Part shown: piece by piece, positions 1 through 10,556 of the stretch | How the letters are laid out: each line of letters starts with the position of its first letter | Numbering within the stretch: position 1 is the first letter of the stretch | Origin: an uncultured Gemmatimonadaceae bacterium | GTDB taxonomy: Bacteria; Gemmatimonadota; Gemmatimonadetes; Gemmatimonadales; Gemmatimonadaceae | Length of the DNA: 64,000 nucleotides | Assembly (NCBI GenBank): GCA_963822945.1 | Contig: CAWGJO010000020.1 | Location: 1-64,000 of the forward strand | Direction: 5' to 3' | The notes under the pieces: generated by a model | Seen by the model: the letters and a program-made list of their open reading frames with translations, nothing else | Told to the model about the DNA's origin: nothing | The model's database searches: none | Position numbers and translations under genes: made by a program

Positions 1-3000
1 CACCTTCAAGTGGCGCAACATCGGGCCCGAACGCGGCGGACGCTCGATCGCCGTCAGCGGCGTCCGCGGCCGGCCGAAGGTCGCCTACTTCGGCGCCGTC
101 GGCGGCGGGCTCTGGAAGACCACCGACAGCGGCGAGACGTGGGCGCCCGGTCACCGACGGCCAGATCACCAGCTCCTCCGTGGGCGCGGTGGCCGTCTCG
201 GAGACGAACCCCGACATCGTCTTCATCGGCATGGGCGAGTCGTGCATTCGCGGCAACATCATGCCGGGCGACGGCATCTACAAGTCCACCGACGCCGGCA
301 AGACCTGGACGCACGTCGGATTCGCGAACACCGACGCCATCTCGCAAGATCGCGCATCGACCCCACCAATCCGAACGTCGTCTTCGTGGCCGTGCTCGGC
401 AAGTACGGCGCGCCCAACGCCGAGCGGGGCGTGTACAAGTCCACCGACGGCGGGCAGACCTGGAAGAAGGTGCTGTATCCGCGACGACAGGACCGGCGGC
501 GATCGACATCGAGATCGACCGCAACAACCCGAACATCATCTACGCCGCCCTCTGGGAGGCGTGGCGCAAGGAGTACGGGCATGTCGAGCGGCGGCCCCGG
601 CTGCGGGCTGTTCAAGTGCACCGACGGCGGCGAGACCTGGACGGAGATCACCCGCAATCCCGGGCTGCCCTCGGGCATCGACGGCAAGATCGGCGTGACG
701 GTCTCGCGCGCCAATCCAACCGGGTCTACGCCCTGGTCGAGAACGCCAACGGCGGCCTCTTCCGCTCCGACGACGCCGGCGCCACCTGGACGCGGGTGAA
801 CGACAGCCACAACATCCGCCAGCGCGCCTTCTACTACACGCACGTCTTCGCCGATCCGAAGAACAAGAACCTCATCTACATGCAGAACACGTCGCCTCTT
901 CAAATCGACCGACGGCGGCAAGACGCTCACCTCGCTCCGCGGCCGCACGGCGACTTCCACGACCTCTGGATCGACCCGACGACGCGATCACATGGTGGTG
1001 CGGCAACGACGGCGGCGGCGCGGTGACCACCGACGGCGGCAAGACCTGGACCGCCGAAGACTACTCCGACCGCGCAGATGTACCACGTGTCGCGACGATC
1101 GACTATCCCGTACGACGTCTGCGGCGCCCAGCAGGACGACAGCACGATCTGCATCCCCAGCACCGACCGGCCAGACACCGGCGGCTCGGCTCGGCCGCGG
1201 ACGCGGCGGGCGCGGCGGCCGCCGAGCATACAGCGCCGGCGGCGCCGAGCCGGGCTACATCGCCCCCGACCCGCTGGACCCCGACGTGTTCTTCTCGGGC
1301 GGCACAACGGCGGCTTCCTCGAGCGGCTCAACCGCCGGAACGGGCGAGCCGCGCGAGGTGAATCCCTATCCGCGGATGTTCTCGGGCGAGCCCTCGAGCG
1401 CGCTCGTCGAGCGGTGGCAGTGGACGCTACCCGATCATCTTCTCGCCGGTGAACCCGCAGCGTGCTCTACACCTCGTCGCAGCACCTGTGGAAGACCACC
1501 AACGGCGGGCAGAGCTGGGACCGGATCAGCCCCGATCTCACGCGCCACGACCCCAAGACCATGGGCGCCTCGGGCGGCCCGATCACGCACGACATGAACG
1601 GCCCCGAGGTGTACGCCACGATCTTCGCCATCGGCCCGTCGCAAGAAGGACGTCAACGTGATCTGGACCGGGTCGGACGACGGGCTGATCTACATCACGC
1701 GTGACGGCGGCAAGAGCTGGACCAACGTCACCCCGAAGGGCATGCCCGACTTCGGCCGCGTGAGCATGATCGACGCGTCGGCATTCGACGGCGGCGCCGC
1801 CTACGTGGCCGTCAAGCGCCCCCTGCTCGACGACAAGGCGCCCTACATCTTCCGCACCCACGACTACGGCAAGACCTGGACGAAGATCGTCACCGGGATT
1901 CGCGCCGACGACTACGTGCACGCGGTCCGCGAGGATCCCGACCGCAAGGGACTGCTCTACGCCGCCACCCAGCACGGCGTGTACATCTCGTACGACGACG
2001 GCGATCACTGGTCAGTCGCTGTCGCTCAACCTGCCCGACGTGCCGGTGTCCGATCTGGTCGTCTGGCGCCACGACCTCGTGATCTCCACGCACGGTCGCG
2101 GCTTCTACATTCTCGACAACATCGAGCCGCTGGAGCAGGACACGCCCGCCGTCGAGGCCGCGAGCGACGCCTGGCTGTACGCCCCGCCCCCGGGCATCCG
2201 CTCCACCGGCGGCGCCGTCATCACCTACTGGCTCAAGCACCCGGCGAAGCAGGTCACGCTCGAGATCCTCGACGCCACGGGCCACGTGATTCGCACCTAC
2301 AAGCCCGACACGACGAAGGGCAACAGCGGGCGCGGACGCGGACGCTTCGGCCGCGGCCCGAGCGCCCCCGCCAAGACCGCCGGCGTGAACCACTTCACCT
2401 GGGATCTGCGCTACGAGCCGGCCACCGGCTTCGACGGCATGATCCTCTGGGGCGGCAGCACGCAGGGACCGGCCGCGCCCCCGGGCCGGTACGCCGTCCG
2501 CTTGCTCGTCGACGGCCACACGCTCACCCAACCGCTCGTCGTCAAGCGCAATCCGTTGTTCACCGATGTCACCGACGCCGACCTGCAGGCCCAGTTCGCG
2601 CTCGCCATCCGGATTCGCGACAAACTCTCCGAGGCCAACCAGGCCGTGATCGATGTGCGCAACGTGAAATCGCAGGTCGAGGACCGGCTCAAGAAGTCGG
2701 ACGACGCCACGCTCAAGACGCTGGGCGCCCGGCTCGACGACCACGCCGGCGCTGTGGAGGCCAACATCTATCAGGTGAAGAACGAGAGCGGTCAGGATCC
2801 GCTCAACTTCCCGATCAAGATCAACAACCGCATCGCCACGCTGCTCAGCACGGTGAACGGGGGCGACGGCCGGCCCATCGGCAACGCCGAGCCGATCTTC
2901 GACTATCTGAGTGGCAAGCTGAAGGTGCAGACCGACGCGCTGGCGAAGGTCTGGGCCACCGACCTCTCGGCATTCAATGCCCAGGCGAAGAAGCTCGGGC

Positions 3001-3056
3001 TCCCACCGGTCAATCCCAAGTGCGCGCAGGGGCAGGTGTGCGGCATCGTGCCGTGA
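1..3056 (+). CDS. Secreted VPS10/sortilin-like BNR-repeat beta-propeller protein (often annotated glycosyl hydrolase); 5' truncated by the window edge, many frameshifts
   Basis: Frame-hopping pieces give WRNIGPERGGRS and repeated Asp-box motifs (KSTDAGKTW, KSTDGGQTW, RSDDAGATW, TRDGGKSW, RTHDYGKTW), then FTWDLRY and QDPLNFP; stop TGA at 3054-3056. Confidence 0.85.
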
Positions 3057-3081
3057 CCCACTGATCCATCACTGGCGAAAT

Positions 3082-3115
3082 ACGAAGGGGGCGTCCGGTG
3101 GGACGCCCCCTTCGT
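3082..3115 (+). terminator. Hairpin, probable intrinsic terminator
   Basis: 15-bp perfect stem ACGAAGGGGGCGTCC / GGACGCCCCCTTCGT with GGTG loop, 25 nt after the stop. Confidence 0.7.
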
Positions 3116-3224
3116 CGCTCGCGTCAGCGCCGCAGGTGGGCTCACATGTGCGCTCCCGTTGTGGGGCACCCGAATGCGACCGAATCTTCCGATCCGCACC
3201 GGCCGTAGGCTACGCTACCGTACC

Positions 3225-5021
3225 ATGCCACCCTCCAACGCAGGCACCCCCGAGTTCCTCGCCCTCCAGCAGGTGGTGAAGGGCCGCTACTCCCTCGACC
3301 GCGAACTCGGCCGCGGCGGCATGGGTGTGGTCTTTCTCGCACGCGATGTGGCGCTCGATCGGCCGGTGGCCATCAAGCTGCTCCCTCCGGACCTCGCCGC
3401 GCGCGCGGATCTGCGTCACGCATTCCTCCGCGAGGCCCGCACCGCCGCCGGCCTCGCGCACCCGCACATCGTCCCCATTCACGCCGTCGAGGAACACGGC
3501 GACCTCGTGTTCTTCGTCATGGCGTTCGTGGACGGTGAGACGCTCGGCGCCCGCGTCCGGCGCGCCGGCCCCCTCGCCCCAGGCGAGGCAATGCGGATCA
3601 CGCAGGAGGTCGCCTGGGCGCTGGCGCACGCTCACGCGCGCGGGGTCGTGCACCGCGATGTGAAGCCCGACAACATTCTCCTCGAACGCGGGACGGGACG
3701 CGCGCTGGTCACGGACTTCGGCATCGCCCGCGTCGCCCAGTCGCTCGATCCGGGCGGCGGCATTCCGGCGGGCACGCCACAGTACATGAGCCCCGAACAG
3801 GCGCGCGGCGACGACGTGGACGGCCGCAGCGACCTCTACTCCCTCGGCGTCACGACCTACTTCGCCGCCACCGGCCGCCTGCCATTCGAAGCGGCCAACG
3901 CGCACGCCCTGCTGCTCAAGCACGCCGCGGAACCGGCGCCCGCCGTGCGCGGCGGCGCCCCGCGGTTGCCGCAGAAGTTCGCCGCCGCCGTGGATCGGTT
4001 GCTCGCGAAGGCGCCGGCGGATCGGCCCGAATCCGCCGACGCGCTTGCGGTGGCGATCGGGGAAGCTCGCGGCGCACTCGGCATCGTTCCCGCGCCGGTG
4101 CGGCGGTACCTGGAATACTCGCAGCAAGCCGCCACCGAGATCGGAACGCTCGCAAGCGTCTCGGCCACGGTCGTCGTCGGCATGGAGATCATCAAGCTGG
4201 TCAAGGGCGACTTTCTGGGCATCACATCGGTGGTCGAACTCGTATCGACGTTATCCTTTCTCGGCCTCGCCGCCGTACGCGCCGGACAGCTGTTCGGCGA
4301 AACGCGCCGCCTGATCCGCGGGGGATACCGGCACGACGCCCTGCGCGTCGGCGTCGTGGCCGCCGACCGCGAGCACGAGATCGATCGGGCGGCGCCACAC
4401 TCGGCGCGCACCACCGCCGCCATGTGGGCGCGCGCTGCCGCCGGCGTCGCCGTCACCGGCCTCGGGTTCACCCTGCTGGCCGGCAACAGCGACGCGTACC
4501 ACCTCCAGTTCATCGGTTGGTTGCTCGGCATCACGGCGCCCGTCGTCACCACGCACCGGCTGCTACGCGACCTGCGCGCCGGCAAGCCGGGCACGTTCTG
4601 GAACCGGCTCGTCGAGGGACGCGTCGGCCGCTGGCTGTTCCGGCTGGCCGGCGGCACCGTGCGGACCGCCGCCGCCTCACCATCCGGTGAACCCACGGCC
4701 GTGCTGCTGGCGCGTGCCACGGAAGATCTCTATCACGCGCTCCCCGGCGACCAGCGGCGGCAGCTGGCCGACGTGCCGGCACTGCTGGCCCGGCTGCAGG
4801 CCGATGCCGCGGCCCTCCACATGCTCGACGAAAGCGATCCGTCAAAGGCCGAGCGGCTCGAGACGGCGGTCACCGCGCTCGAGAACCTGCGGCTCGACCT
4901 GCTCCGGCTGCACGCGGGCCGGGCCTCGGTGAATGAGTTGACGGCGGACATCGAACGCGCGCGGGAGCTGGCCAGGCGCGTGGATGCCGTGGTCGAGACG
5001 GACACCCCGACGCCCGTTTGA
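3225..5021 (+). CDS. Hanks-type Ser/Thr protein kinase with C-terminal membrane helices and helical tail
   Basis: LGRGGMGVV, VAIK, HRDVKPDN, DFG, GTPQYMSPEQ, SDLYSLG; hydrophobic segments after the kinase domain. Confidence 0.92.
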   Translation: MPPSNAGTPEFLALQQVVKGRYSLDRELGRGGMGVVFLARDVALDRPVAIKLLPPDLAARADLRHAFLREARTAAGLAHPHIVPIHAVEEHGDLVFFVMAFVDGETLGARVRRAGPLAPGEAMRITQEVAWALAHAHARGVVHRDVKPDNILLERGTGRALVTDFGIARVAQSLDPGGGIPAGTPQYMSPEQARGDDVDGRSDLYSLGVTTYFAATGRLPFEAANAHALLLKHAAEPAPAVRGGAPRLPQKFAAAVDRLLAKAPADRPESADALAVAIGEARGALGIVPAPVRRYLEYSQQAATEIGTLASVSATVVVGMEIIKLVKGDFLGITSVVELVSTLSFLGLAAVRAGQLFGETRRLIRGGYRHDALRVGVVAADREHEIDRAAPHSARTTAAMWARAAAGVAVTGLGFTLLAGNSDAYHLQFIGWLLGITAPVVTTHRLLRDLRAGKPGTFWNRLVEGRVGRWLFRLAGGTVRTAAASPSGEPTAVLLARATEDLYHALPGDQRRQLADVPALLARLQADAAALHMLDESDPSKAERLETAVTALENLRLDLLRLHAGRASVNELTADIERARELARRVDAVVETDTPTPV

Positions 5022-5144
5022 TCCTCCCAGCGACCCCTTGCATGCCCGCCGGGCCGGCCCCACATTGCCATTGCCCGAACAAATGCCGAAGCTGACCGGG
5101 AGCCGGCGCGTCCACCATCCCCCACCACTGCGAGAAATTCCACC

Positions 5145-5624
5145 ATGCCAGCCTCCGCACCCGACGTCTTCCTCACCCCCAAGGCCCTGCTCGACCACTG
5201 GCAGGGGCACCGCCGGCTCACCCGCCGCACCATCGAGGCGTTCCCCGACGAGCAGTTCAACACCTTCGCCATCGGCGGCATGCGGCCCTTCGGCACGATG
5301 GCCGTGGAACTGCTGCGGATGGCGGCGCCCACCGTGAACGGCGTCCTCACCGGCGACTGGTCGGAGGGCGCGAGCGCCGACCCCAAGCCCAAAGCCGAGG
5401 TGCTGCGCCTCTGGGACGAGAGCACGAAGCAAATGAACGACCTCTGGTCGAAGATTCCCGCTTCGCGCTTTGCGGAGACGATCACGGCGTTCGGGCAGTA
5501 CACCGGCACCGCGCACAGCCTCGTCATGTACGTGATCGACAACGAGGTGCACCACCGCGCGCAGGGCTACGTCTATCTCCGCGCGCTGGGCATCGAGCCC
5601 CCGCACTTCTGGGAGCGCGACTGA
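5145..5624 (+). CDS. DinB family protein
   Basis: HWQGHRRLTRR start, MRPFG, C-terminal NEVHHRAQGYVYLRALGIEPP. Confidence 0.9.
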   Translation: MPASAPDVFLTPKALLDHWQGHRRLTRRTIEAFPDEQFNTFAIGGMRPFGTMAVELLRMAAPTVNGVLTGDWSEGASADPKPKAEVLRLWDESTKQMNDLWSKIPASRFAETITAFGQYTGTAHSLVMYVIDNEVHHRAQGYVYLRALGIEPPHFWERD

Positions 5625-5635
5625 GCCACCGCCTG

Positions 5636-5662
5636 ACCGCCGCGCCGGGTTGGCGCGGCGGT
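5636..5662. terminator. Hairpin between convergent genes
   Basis: 11-bp stem ACCGCCGCGCC / GGCGCGGCGGT with GGGTT loop. Confidence 0.55.
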
Positions 5663-5666
5663 TGCG

Positions 5667-6251
5667 TCAGGTCGCCGTCCGGTCGATGTACTTGGGCTGC
5701 GCGGGGGGCGGCGCGCTCTCCATCGCGGCGAGCAGCGCTGCGGGATCGCCGGCCACGCGCACCATCGCGCGGTGTTCGGGGCGCACGAAGCGTTCCGATA
5801 CCGCGTGATCGAGGAACGCCAACAGGGGGTCGTAGTATCCGGCAATGTTGAGCAGGCCGTACGGTTTGGCGTGCAGTCCCAGTTGCCCCCACGTCCAGAT
5901 CTCGGTGAACTCCTCCAGCGTCCCGAGCCCGCCGGGAAGCGCCACGAACGCATCGGCCAGGTCGGCCAGCCGCGCCTTCCGCTCGTGCATCGACGACACG
6001 ACCTCGAGCCGCGTGAGTCCGTGGTGGGCCACCTCGCGATCGACGAGGTGCTTCGGCATCAGCCCGATCACCTCGCCGCCCGCGGCCATCGCCGCGTCGG
6101 CCAGCACGCCCATGAGTCCGGTGTTGCCGCCGCCGTAAACGATGCGCCGGCCGGCCCCCGCCACCAGCGTGCCGAACTCGCGCGTCACCTCCACGTAGCG
6201 CGCGTCGGCCCCCGGACTCGAGGCGCAGAACACTCCAAGGGTCTTGAGCAT
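5667..6251 (-). CDS. LOG family nucleotide phosphoribohydrolase (TIGR00730 type)
   Basis: [25 protein letters not shown]. Confidence 0.93.
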   Translation of the reverse strand: MLKTLGVFCASSPGADARYVEVTREFGTLVAGAGRRIVYGGGNTGLMGVLADAAMAAGGEVIGLMPKHLVDREVAHHGLTRLEVVSSMHERKARLADLADAFVALPGGLGTLEEFTEIWTWGQLGLHAKPYGLLNIAGYYDPLLAFLDHAVSERFVRPEHRAMVRVAGDPAALLAAMESAPPPAQPKYIDRTAT

Positions 6252-6358
6252 GGCATCAACCTATCGATGGGCCGGCGCGACGGCGACGCGGACGCATTCG
6301 ACTTCGCCGCCGGCGAACGCTATGCTTGGCGCATCCATCGCCTCTGGAGTCCGAAGCC

Positions 6359-8101
6359 ATGCGCAGTATCAGCCTTGCCCTCGCCCTCTTCACCTTCGGC
6401 GCAGCGCCCGGCGCGCTCCGTCCCACCGCCCACCCGGCACCGGCCGCCCGCGCGGCGGCCACGCCGCGATTCGAGATCTCCTTCCCCGCCTCCGTTCACG
6501 CGCAGCCGATCACCGGCCGCGTGTTCCTCGCCATCAGCCGGGATTCCGCCCCACCCCCGCTGGCCAACGCCGGCTCGTTCACCAACAGCACACCGCTGTT
6601 CGGTCTCGACGTGAGCGCGCTCCAGCCGGGGCAGGCCGCGGTGATCGACGCCACTACCGAGGGCTATCCCACCCGCTCGCTCGCCGACGTCCCCGCCGGG
6701 GACTACTGGGTGCAGGCGATCATGAACGTCTACACCGAATTCCATCGCGCCGACGGCCACACCATCTGGGCGCACATGGACCAGTGGGAGGGACAGAACT
6801 TCACGAGGTCGCCGGGCAATCTGGTGAGTGCGCCGCAACGCGTGCACTTCGATCCCGGGGCGGCCCACGACGTGAAGCTGGAACTCACGCACGTCATTCC
6901 GCCCATCCAGATGCCGCCCGACACGAAGTGGGTGAAGCACATCAAGATCCAGAGCGCGCTGCTCACCAAGTTCTGGGGCCACCCCTTCTACCTCGGCGCC
7001 ACCGTGCTGCTGCCGGCCGGCTACGACTCGCATCCGAACGTGCGCTATCCCGTGGTGTTCGAGCAGGGCCACTTCGGACTCGGCGCACCGCTGGGCTTCA
7101 ACCCCGACAGCTTCCCGTTGCCGCCGCAGTACAAGGCGCTGTTCGCCTCGTACAACCTGGAGCCGGGCTGGGTGTTCGCACGCCACTGGATGGGGCCGAA
7201 GATGCCGCGCATGATCGCCGTCACCTTCCAGCATCCGACGCCGTATTTCGACGACTCGTACGCCGTGAACTCGGCCAACAACGGCCCGTACGGCGACGCG
7301 ATCATGACCGAGCTGATCCCGTACCTGGAATCGCACTTCCGGATGATCCAGGCGCCGTACGCGCGGGTGCTCACCGGCGGCTCCACCGGCGGATGGGAGT
7401 CGATCGCGCTGCAGATCTACCACCCCAAGTTCTTCGGCGGCACGTGGACGCTCTATCCCGATCCGGTCGACTTCCATCACTACGGCACCGTCAATGCATA
7501 CGTCGATACGAACGCCTTCGTGGACGACGCGCCGGGAATCGCCCCCTTCAGTCCGATCAGCGAGTGGTACCATCCCGAGCGCATGGTGATGCGCGACGAC
7601 GACGGACAGCCGTGGCTCAGCCTCCGCGACTTCAGCCGGCTCGAAGACGTGCTCGGCAGCCATGGCCGGTCGGGTGAGCAACTCGAGGCCTGGGAATCGG
7701 TGTATGCCCCCGTCGGCGCCGACGGGTATCCCAAACCGCTCTGGAACAAGAAGACGGGACACATCGACCGGTCGGTGATCGACTACATGCGCGACCACGG
7801 CTACGACCTCGAGGCCTATCTCGCCAAGAACTGGAAGACGGTGGGCCCCGATCTCGTGGACAAGATCCACGTGGACGTCGGCGACATGGACAACTTCTAC
7901 CTGAACCTGGCCGTGATGGACCTGCAGCACTTCATGGAGTCCACGAAGTCGCCGCACGTGCCGGGCGTGTTCCGCTACGGGCGGCCGGAGAAGGGTCACG
8001 GCTGGCAACACGTGCCGAATTCGGAGCTGCTCGAGGAGATGGCGGCCGCCATCACCAGGCACGCGCCGCCGGGTACGAACACGAACGCCTGGAAGTACTG
8101 A
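6359..8101 (+). CDS. Secreted alpha/beta-hydrolase (putative esterase)
   Basis: Signal-peptide-like N-terminus; SANNGPYG, nucleophile elbow GGSTGG, VGDMDNFYL, C-terminal GH. Confidence 0.8.
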   Translation: MRSISLALALFTFGAAPGALRPTAHPAPAARAAATPRFEISFPASVHAQPITGRVFLAISRDSAPPPLANAGSFTNSTPLFGLDVSALQPGQAAVIDATTEGYPTRSLADVPAGDYWVQAIMNVYTEFHRADGHTIWAHMDQWEGQNFTRSPGNLVSAPQRVHFDPGAAHDVKLELTHVIPPIQMPPDTKWVKHIKIQSALLTKFWGHPFYLGATVLLPAGYDSHPNVRYPVVFEQGHFGLGAPLGFNPDSFPLPPQYKALFASYNLEPGWVFARHWMGPKMPRMIAVTFQHPTPYFDDSYAVNSANNGPYGDAIMTELIPYLESHFRMIQAPYARVLTGGSTGGWESIALQIYHPKFFGGTWTLYPDPVDFHHYGTVNAYVDTNAFVDDAPGIAPFSPISEWYHPERMVMRDDDGQPWLSLRDFSRLEDVLGSHGRSGEQLEAWESVYAPVGADGYPKPLWNKKTGHIDRSVIDYMRDHGYDLEAYLAKNWKTVGPDLVDKIHVDVGDMDNFYLNLAVMDLQHFMESTKSPHVPGVFRYGRPEKGHGWQHVPNSELLEEMAAAITRHAPPGTNTNAWKY

Positions 8102-8106
8102 CGGAC

Positions 8107-8146
8107 CGGCCGGGTGGGCGGCAGTGCGCCGCCGCCCACCCGGCCG
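8107..8146 (+). terminator. Long GC hairpin after the esterase gene
   Basis: 16-bp perfect stem CGGCCGGGTGGGCGGC / GCCGCCCACCCGGCCG. Confidence 0.6.
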
Positions 8147-8171
8147 CCGCCCGGTGCCCCGGCCCCACCGT

Positions 8172-8199
8172 GAACTTTCCGGTGGGGCTTTCCGTCTCT
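8172..8199 (+). promoter_or_regulatory. ECF sigma-type promoter, probably autoregulatory
   Basis: GAACTT-N16-GTCT about 35 nt upstream of the ECF sigma start. Confidence 0.6.
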
Positions 8200-8233
8200 A
8201 GGGCACACTGTCCCCGCTCCACTCGCAACGCCG

Positions 8234-8836
8234 ATGACCGATTCCCCATCCAACGGCCGTGAAGCGCTTCGCCTGCATCTGCTGGTGCTCCGGTGCCAGG
8301 CGGGTGACGAGCGAGCGTTCGCCCGGCTGATGGATCGCTACGCCGACAAGACGCTGCGGTACCTCGGCGGTCTGGTCGGCGACGCGGCGGAGGACGTCAA
8401 TCAGGAGGTCTGGCTCACCGTGTACCGCCGCATCGCCACGCTCACCGACCCGCGCCGCTTTCGCACCTGGTTGTACCGCACCACACGCCATCGTGCCATC
8501 GACCATCTGCGGGCGCAGCGCCGGGAACGCGAACTCTTCGACGACGCCGGAACGGTCCAGGACCTCCCGGCCGACGACGACGCCCGCGACCCGACGCCCG
8601 ATCTGCCCGCGCTCGACGAACTGCTGCGCGACCTGGCGCCGATTCACCGCGAGGTCCTCCTGCTCCGCTATCGCGACGAACTGAGCTACGCCGAGATCGC
8701 CCTCGTGGCCGGATGCTCCGTGGGCACCGTTCGATCGCGACTCCACTACGCCACGCGCCGCCTGCGGGCCCGCCGCACCGATGGCGCCACCCCGCACCAG
8801 CCCACCGCCGACCCAACCACCCGAGGTGTCTCATGA
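8234..8836 (+). CDS. ECF-family RNA polymerase sigma factor
   Basis: Region 2 (AEDVNQEVWL, FRTWLYR) and region 4 (LSYAEIA, GTVRSRLHYA). Confidence 0.93.
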   Translation: MTDSPSNGREALRLHLLVLRCQAGDERAFARLMDRYADKTLRYLGGLVGDAAEDVNQEVWLTVYRRIATLTDPRRFRTWLYRTTRHRAIDHLRAQRRERELFDDAGTVQDLPADDDARDPTPDLPALDELLRDLAPIHREVLLLRYRDELSYAEIALVAGCSVGTVRSRLHYATRRLRARRTDGATPHQPTADPTTRGVS

Positions 8837-9210
8837 CCGGCCCCACCAATCCCTCCAGCAACGCCGCCTGGCAAGCCATCGATCAGAGCAAGCGATTCGA
8901 CCGCTTCGTTCGCCGGGCCTGCATCGGTGCCTGGACCGCGGCGTTCATCGCGGTCCTCGCCTACGCCGTCCTCGTCGTCGCGCAGATGGTCCAGATGTTT
9001 CGTCTGGCCGGCGTGGGCGCCGTCAGCAACCTCGGCGCGCTGGCGATCGTCACGCCGCTCATCATCGTCGTCGGCGTGATCAGCCTGCTCATCGCCACGC
9101 TCACCACGGTCGGCATCTTCATGCGCCAACGGACGGCCAGCCTGGCCGAAATCCAGCTCCGGCTCGCGGCACTCGAGGACATGCTCGGGAACGAGGCCAA
9201 CGCGTCGTGA
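8833..9210 (+). CDS. Small two-TM membrane protein, putative anti-sigma factor
   Basis: ATGA overlap with the sigma stop; two long hydrophobic helices and a C-terminal amphipathic helix (SLAEIQLRLAALEDML). Confidence 0.7.
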   Translation: MTGPTNPSSNAAWQAIDQSKRFDRFVRRACIGAWTAAFIAVLAYAVLVVAQMVQMFRLAGVGAVSNLGALAIVTPLIIVVGVISLLIATLTTVGIFMRQRTASLAEIQLRLAALEDMLGNEANAS

Positions 9211-9301
9211 GGGCCGCCGGCCTGCGCGCATCCCCCAATCGTGGCATGGCCCGATGCTTGACGGCCCTGGTAGTATCAGGTACTCGACCGGGAGCCGCGA
9301 T

Positions 9302-9574
9302 ATGAAGACCGACGGTGGGTGCGCCCACATGGATGCACTGGAGACGTTGAAGACGGCGGAGCGCCGCGTGTGCGCCGAATGCATCAAGACGGGCGCCCGC
9401 TGGCTGCACCTGCGCACCTGTCAGCAGTGCGGGGTCACGCTGTGCTGCGACGACTCCCCCAATCGCCACGCGAGCAAGCACGCCCGCGCCACGGGGCATC
9501 CGGTAATCTCGTCGGCTGAGCCGGGCGAGCGGTGGCTGTACTGCTACCCCGAGGAAGTGTTCGCCGAGTACTAG
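9302..9574 (+). CDS. Stand-alone UBP-type zinc finger protein
   Basis: CAH..CAEC..WLHLRTCQQCGVTLCCDDSPNRHASKH..SAEPGERWLYCY; GGGAG SD. Confidence 0.9.
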   Translation: MKTDGGCAHMDALETLKTAERRVCAECIKTGARWLHLRTCQQCGVTLCCDDSPNRHASKHARATGHPVISSAEPGERWLYCYPEEVFAEY

Positions 9575-9680
9575 CCGCCGCTGGACGGCCGGTGTCGGGA
9601 AACACCGCACACCCGTGCGGCGCATCGGGACTTGCCCACTGCGCCGGATCATGTTCAGCTCCAGATATGGAGGTACGACC

Positions 9681-10253
9681 ATGACGACGACCACGAGACC
9701 CACCCAGGCCCGCGCCAAGACCATGAACCGTGACGACCACCACGTCATTCAGGCGTTCGGGCAGGAGCGCAAACTCCCGCTGGCCCTGTCGGACGCGGCG
9801 TGCAGAAAGTCGGTGGAGAATCTGAACCAGCTTCTCGCCGACACCATGACGCTGCGCGACATGTACAAGAAGCACCACTGGCAGGTGACCGGGCCCGCGT
9901 TCTACTCCCTGCATCTGCTCTTCGACAAGCACTTCGGCGAACAGGCCGAGTTGGTGGACGCCGTCGCCGAACGCGTGATGATGCTCGGTGGCGTCAGCAT
10001 TGCGATGGCGCAGGACGTGGCGGAAACGTCGATCATTCCCCGGCCGCCGCGCGGCCGTGAGAGCGCCGAGGCGCAGATCGACCGGCTGCTGAAGGCGCAC
10101 GAAGCGGTGATCGAGGAAGCGCGCGCCATGGCCCGCGACGCCGCCAAGGCGGGCGACGACGGCACGAACGATCTCATCGTCAGCGACGTGATCCGCACCA
10201 ATGAGATGCAGGTGTGGTTCCTGGCCGAGCACGTCTCGGGCGCGCACAAGTAG
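9681..10253 (+). CDS. dps: Dps DNA starvation/stationary-phase protection protein
   Basis: YKKHHWQVTGPAFYSLHLLFD, DAVAER, DDGTNDL; GGAGG SD. Confidence 0.93.
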   Translation: MTTTTRPTQARAKTMNRDDHHVIQAFGQERKLPLALSDAACRKSVENLNQLLADTMTLRDMYKKHHWQVTGPAFYSLHLLFDKHFGEQAELVDAVAERVMMLGGVSIAMAQDVAETSIIPRPPRGRESAEAQIDRLLKAHEAVIEEARAMARDAAKAGDDGTNDLIVSDVIRTNEMQVWFLAEHVSGAHK

Positions 10254-10276
10254 CGTTCCAGGTTCGCGAATACGCC

Positions 10277-10403
10277 GTTTCGGTCGAGGCGGTGGAAGTT
10301 GCGCCGTCCCCGTCGGGCACCTTCCGAGCCGACCCGGTAGAAACCCGGGGGCCGTCGGCGCATCCCGAGCCTCCGGGGGGAAGCACCCGCCACCGCCCGA
10401 AAC
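10277..10403. ncRNA. Candidate structured RNA, family not identified
   Basis: Six nested complementary segments across 127 nt of intergenic DNA (see findings). Confidence 0.35.
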
Positions 10404-10556
10404 CGGGCATGACCGGTGGAAATGCGTGATGTGTCATAAGTACCCGCAACCGCATGCCCCGCCCGTCATGTTGCGTCCGCGCACGCCCGCCGTCCGTAAT
10501 AGGAATGCCGGCGTGCGTGCCGGCCGTTCGAAACCCCCAACAATTGGAGTGATCCG

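Noticed and set aside
9302..9574. Functional link between the UBP zinc finger and the ubiquitin-like gene or HDAC (HDAC6-like pairing)
   Set aside because: The genes are 31 kb apart; bacterial stand-alone UBP fingers are common, and the Ubl lacks the Gly-Gly tail that such fingers bind
10277..10403. Assignment to purine, TPP, c-di-AMP or c-di-GMP-II riboswitch, or 6S RNA
   Set aside because: Only short fragments resemble each family; required core elements or the central bubble are missing
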